A stretch of DNA of 29,270 nucleotides from Candidatus Zixiibacteriota bacterium. GTDB taxonomy: Bacteria > Zixibacteria > MSB-5A5 > WJJR01. Below the pieces are notes generated by a model, which saw only the letters and a program-made list of their open reading frames with translations, made no database searches and had not been told where the DNA came from. Numbering within the stretch: the first letter of the stretch is position 1; the number at the start of each line of letters is the position of its first letter. Positions 26,381 to 29,270 of this stretch are shown piece after piece. The position numbers and the translations under genes were made by a program. Location: positions 1-29,270 of the forward strand of contig JAVHPP010000125.1 of the NCBI GenBank assembly GCA_036170655.1, given 5' to 3'.

Positions 26381-27451
26381 ATGCCAACGAACGTCCACCA
26401 GATTGCTGTCATCGGCGGAGATGGGATCGGACCCGAAGTGACTGCCGAAGCGGTCAAGGTTCTGGAAACGATCGCCAAGACTGACGGCTTCAAACTGCAA
26501 TTCACGTATTATCCCCATGGCACAGATCACTACCTCGAAACGGGAGAACTTTTCCCCGAAACCGTGCTGGAAGATGTGCGGCGGAAAGACGCGGTCCTGT
26601 TCGGCGCCCTTGGCGACCCGAGGGTCGAACCGGGTCTGGTGGAGCGGCCGATTCTCATGGGGATGCGGCTCGGCTTTGACCTGTATGTCAATCTGCGCCC
26701 GATCAGGCTTTATGCGGAGCACCTGTGCCCTCTCAAGGGAAAGAAGCCGTCAGACGTCGACATGGTGGTGATCCGCGAGAACACCGAGGACGTCTACGCG
26801 GGCCTCGGCGGCATTCTCAAGAAGGGGACTCCTGATGAAGTCGCGGTGGCCGAGATGATCTTCACGCGCAAGGGGTGCGAGCGTGTCATCCGATATGCCT
26901 TTGAGACGGCACGCAAACGCAATGGCAGGAAAAAGGTGACGCTCGTCGACAAGGCCAACGCCGTCCGGGCGATGGACATTTGGACACGGACATTCGCCGA
27001 GGTGGGGGCGGAGTACCCCGAGATCGAACGCGATCACGCCTACATCGACGCCGCCTGCATGTGGATGATCAAGAATCCGGAATGGTTTGATGTGGTCGTG
27101 GTCTCGAACCTGTTTGGGGACATCCTCACCGACCTTGGCGCGATGGTTCAGGGCGGCATGGGGATCGCCGCATCCGGGAACATTCACCCCGGGCGCGTCT
27201 CGATGTTCGAGCCGATCCATGGCTCGGCGCCGAAGTACAAGGGCAAGAACGTCGCCAACCCGCTGGGCGCGATCATGGCGGGGGCCATGATGCTCGATCA
27301 TCTCGGCGAGACGCACTCCGCCGCGCGGATTGAAGCTGCCGTGGCCAATCTGCTCACAACACGCAAGATCCCCTCGGTCGGCGCCAACTCCGGACTGTCG
27401 ACTCACCAGATCGGCGACATGGTGTGCCAAGCCCTGGCCTCGACGACGTGA
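26381..27451 (+). CDS. leuB: 3-isopropylmalate dehydrogenase / isocitrate-isopropylmalate family beta-decarboxylating dehydrogenase
   Basis: [50 protein letters not shown]; exact substrate not certain. Confidence 0.8.
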   Translation: MPTNVHQIAVIGGDGIGPEVTAEAVKVLETIAKTDGFKLQFTYYPHGTDHYLETGELFPETVLEDVRRKDAVLFGALGDPRVEPGLVERPILMGMRLGFDLYVNLRPIRLYAEHLCPLKGKKPSDVDMVVIRENTEDVYAGLGGILKKGTPDEVAVAEMIFTRKGCERVIRYAFETARKRNGRKKVTLVDKANAVRAMDIWTRTFAEVGAEYPEIERDHAYIDAACMWMIKNPEWFDVVVVSNLFGDILTDLGAMVQGGMGIAASGNIHPGRVSMFEPIHGSAPKYKGKNVANPLGAIMAGAMMLDHLGETHSAARIEAAVANLLTTRKIPSVGANSGLSTHQIGDMVCQALASTT

Positions 27452-27550
27452 GTTGTGCCAGAAACTTTCGTCTCCCTTCTGCGTGTAACTCTTCTGTCCC
27501 GATTGTCAGTCGCGCGCTGTACTTGACTGAAGGAGGGCGAGCGTACCCCT

Positions 27551-28351
27551 ATGATGATCTCGGTCGCAGCACTGCAATTCCCGTTGGGCGGTGTGATTAC
27601 GCTGGAGGACCGGCTCCACCTGATCCGCCGCCGTCCCGACTTCATCTGCCTGCCGGAGTACTTCTTTGTGCGGCCAACGGACGTAAACTACGCCGACGGA
27701 GACGCATTCCTCGACCAACGGCTATTGATGCTCGCGCAGTTGTCCAGGGAACTGTCGTGTGTGGTCATTGGCGGGACGATTCCCCACCCCGTCGATGGTG
27801 GTTACGCCAACATCGCTCCCATGTTCAATCGCGGGATTCAGGTCGGCTCGTATCAGAAGGTCAATCCGTATGGACGCGAGGAGAAGCGCGGGATCATTCC
27901 CGGAACAGAATTCAAGGTCTTTGATATCGATGGCATCCGCGTGGGTCTTCTGATCTGCGCGGACGTGCTCAAACCGGAATCGTTCGAATCACTGAAACGT
28001 CTGGATGCCGACGTTGTCTTCATCCCGACGGTTTCGCCATATCGCGAGTACGACACCGTGTTCGAAAAAGAGAAGCGTGACGCCGGCATCTTCGTCGCGG
28101 GTGCGCAGAGGACGTGCGCGTATCTCGTCAAGACCTGCGGTGTCGGGACCCTGTTCGGCGGGAGACTGCAGGGACGGTCCGGCATCTTCGCTCCGTGGGG
28201 AATTCTCCAGCGCGTTCCGCCCGATGCGGAAAGCAAGAAGCTGATCCTGACGGAGTATCTCGATATCGACGAGGTCCGCGAATTCAAACGGATGATGTCG
28301 CAGTCCTCCATTGCTCCAGATAGCGTTCGGGTCAGCGGAATTGCCAAATAG
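27551..28351 (+). CDS. Carbon-nitrogen hydrolase (nitrilase superfamily)
   Basis: Glu-Lys-Cys triad in LPEY, YQKV, LICAD; G.SGIF.PWG. Confidence 0.88.
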   Translation: MMISVAALQFPLGGVITLEDRLHLIRRRPDFICLPEYFFVRPTDVNYADGDAFLDQRLLMLAQLSRELSCVVIGGTIPHPVDGGYANIAPMFNRGIQVGSYQKVNPYGREEKRGIIPGTEFKVFDIDGIRVGLLICADVLKPESFESLKRLDADVVFIPTVSPYREYDTVFEKEKRDAGIFVAGAQRTCAYLVKTCGVGTLFGGRLQGRSGIFAPWGILQRVPPDAESKKLILTEYLDIDEVREFKRMMSQSSIAPDSVRVSGIAK

Positions 28352-28478
28352 ACCTCTGGTCGAACCGCCAGTGCTTGCACTCACCTGGTATTTGCTGGCA
28401 TCTTGATTGATGTACTGGCCCCCTGAAGTTACACTGTGGGGGTGCTGTTACGCATGTTCCTTTCGTGGAGATTCTGAG

Positions 28479-29099
28479 ATGGCGCGTCGTGTCCCAAGTG
28501 TTGCCGATGTCGCCGGGATCATCCTGATCGGCGGGCGATCCTCGCGAATGGGACGGGACAAGACAGCCATCGAGATTGCCGGACGTCCGATGTGGCGCTG
28601 GGTGGCGGATGCACTCGAGACTTGCACATCTTCGCTGTACTTTGCCGGGGAGGCAGACGGACTTGACAGCGCCTCCCCGTTTCCGATTCTTCCGGATGAT
28701 CCACCGGGGCTTGGCCCACTGGGCGGACTCGCAACCGCGTTGGAGCGCTCCGGGAGGAAACACAATCTGATTGTCGCCGCCGATTATCCCCTCGTGAGAC
28801 CGAAACTGCTGAATCTGCTTCTGGAGAAGTCCACGGGTCACATGGCTACCTGTGGCCGTACCAGCGAGTTCCTCGAACCGCTCGTTGGTTACTACAACGC
28901 CGCCTGCGCGCCGGTCATCAGAACGATGCTGGCAGAGGGCGAGTTGCGCACACATCAGCTCTTCACAAGGGCTCCCTCTCACATTCTCACCGACGAAGAA
29001 TACGAGAGCGCCGACCCGGATCGGCTGTCTCAAATCAACGTGAACACTCCCGCCGATCTCGCGCGAGTCGTCAAATTGGTAGCCGATGGCGTACGATGA
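28479..29099 (+). CDS. mobA: Molybdenum cofactor guanylyltransferase
   Basis: ILIGGRSSRMGRDK, GPLGGL, AADYP, EPL...Y, NVNTP.D; GGAG RBS. Confidence 0.9.
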   Translation: MARRVPSVADVAGIILIGGRSSRMGRDKTAIEIAGRPMWRWVADALETCTSSLYFAGEADGLDSASPFPILPDDPPGLGPLGGLATALERSGRKHNLIVAADYPLVRPKLLNLLLEKSTGHMATCGRTSEFLEPLVGYYNAACAPVIRTMLAEGELRTHQLFTRAPSHILTDEEYESADPDRLSQINVNTPADLARVVKLVADGVR

Positions 29100-29113
29100 G
29101 CAGGAGCGCCCCC

Positions 29114-29270
29114 ATGCATGAATCTCCCGTCAAGGATCACATTATCCGCATGGCACCTGCGGCTCTCAAGCGCAAGATCCTGCGGGACGTCCGGCCGGTC
29201 GGTATCGAAGTGATTCCGATTGAACATGCCCGGCTGAGGATTCTTGCCGAACCCGTGAAATCTCCACGCC
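29114..29270 (+). CDS. moeA: Probable molybdopterin molybdenumtransferase MoeA, N-terminus only (runs off the window)
   Basis: Own translation MHESPVKDHIIRMAPAALKRKILRDVRPVGIEVIPIEHARLRILAEPVKSPR resembles the MoeA N-terminal E.v.l..a..R.LAe pattern; AGGAG RBS; alternative in-frame ATG at 29096 overlaps the mobA stop. Confidence 0.6.
   Translation, partial: MHESPVKDHIIRMAPAALKRKILRDVRPVGIEVIPIEHARLRILAEPVKSPR

Noticed and set aside
28352..28478. Possible Moco riboswitch upstream of mobA-moeA
   Set aside because: Only a short gccccc/gggggt stem; characteristic Moco RNA motifs not seen.

Overview
GC-rich (~60%) bacterial chromosomal window read with the standard code. A C-terminal dockerin-like surface protein hints at a Zixibacteria-like lineage, but this is inference only. 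Left to right: rmlA-C-B-D(partial) dTDP-rhamnose operon with an upstream ccmF on the minus strand; a structured leader with a 32-codon sORF and terminator ahead of an ABC-2 exporter (ATPase + 2 permeases); tRNA-Glu(CUC); a lipoprotein, a small membrane protein and a stand-alone Smr protein; a secreted Asp-box/Fn3-like/dockerin protein; an M16 peptidase pair; MutY with an intact Nudix box; ApgM-type phosphoglycerate mutase; a beta-helix protein; hbd-crt-acyl-CoA dehydrogenase; a short LeuA-family synthase; a lower-GC HEPN-motif gene; an EamA transporter; a LeuB-family dehydrogenase; a nitrilase-family hydrolase; mobA and partial moeA. Most notable: (i) most spacers from 18.3 to 26.3 kb carry REP/REPIN-like palindromes, about six unrelated sequence families, with no transposase in the window; (ii) a foreign-looking HEPN-like RNase candidate is bracketed by such elements and splits a leuA-leuB-like pair; (iii) a switch-like sORF/terminator leader precedes the ABC exporter; (iv) a possibly bifunctional MutY-MutT. 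All calls are by eye; no database searches were run.
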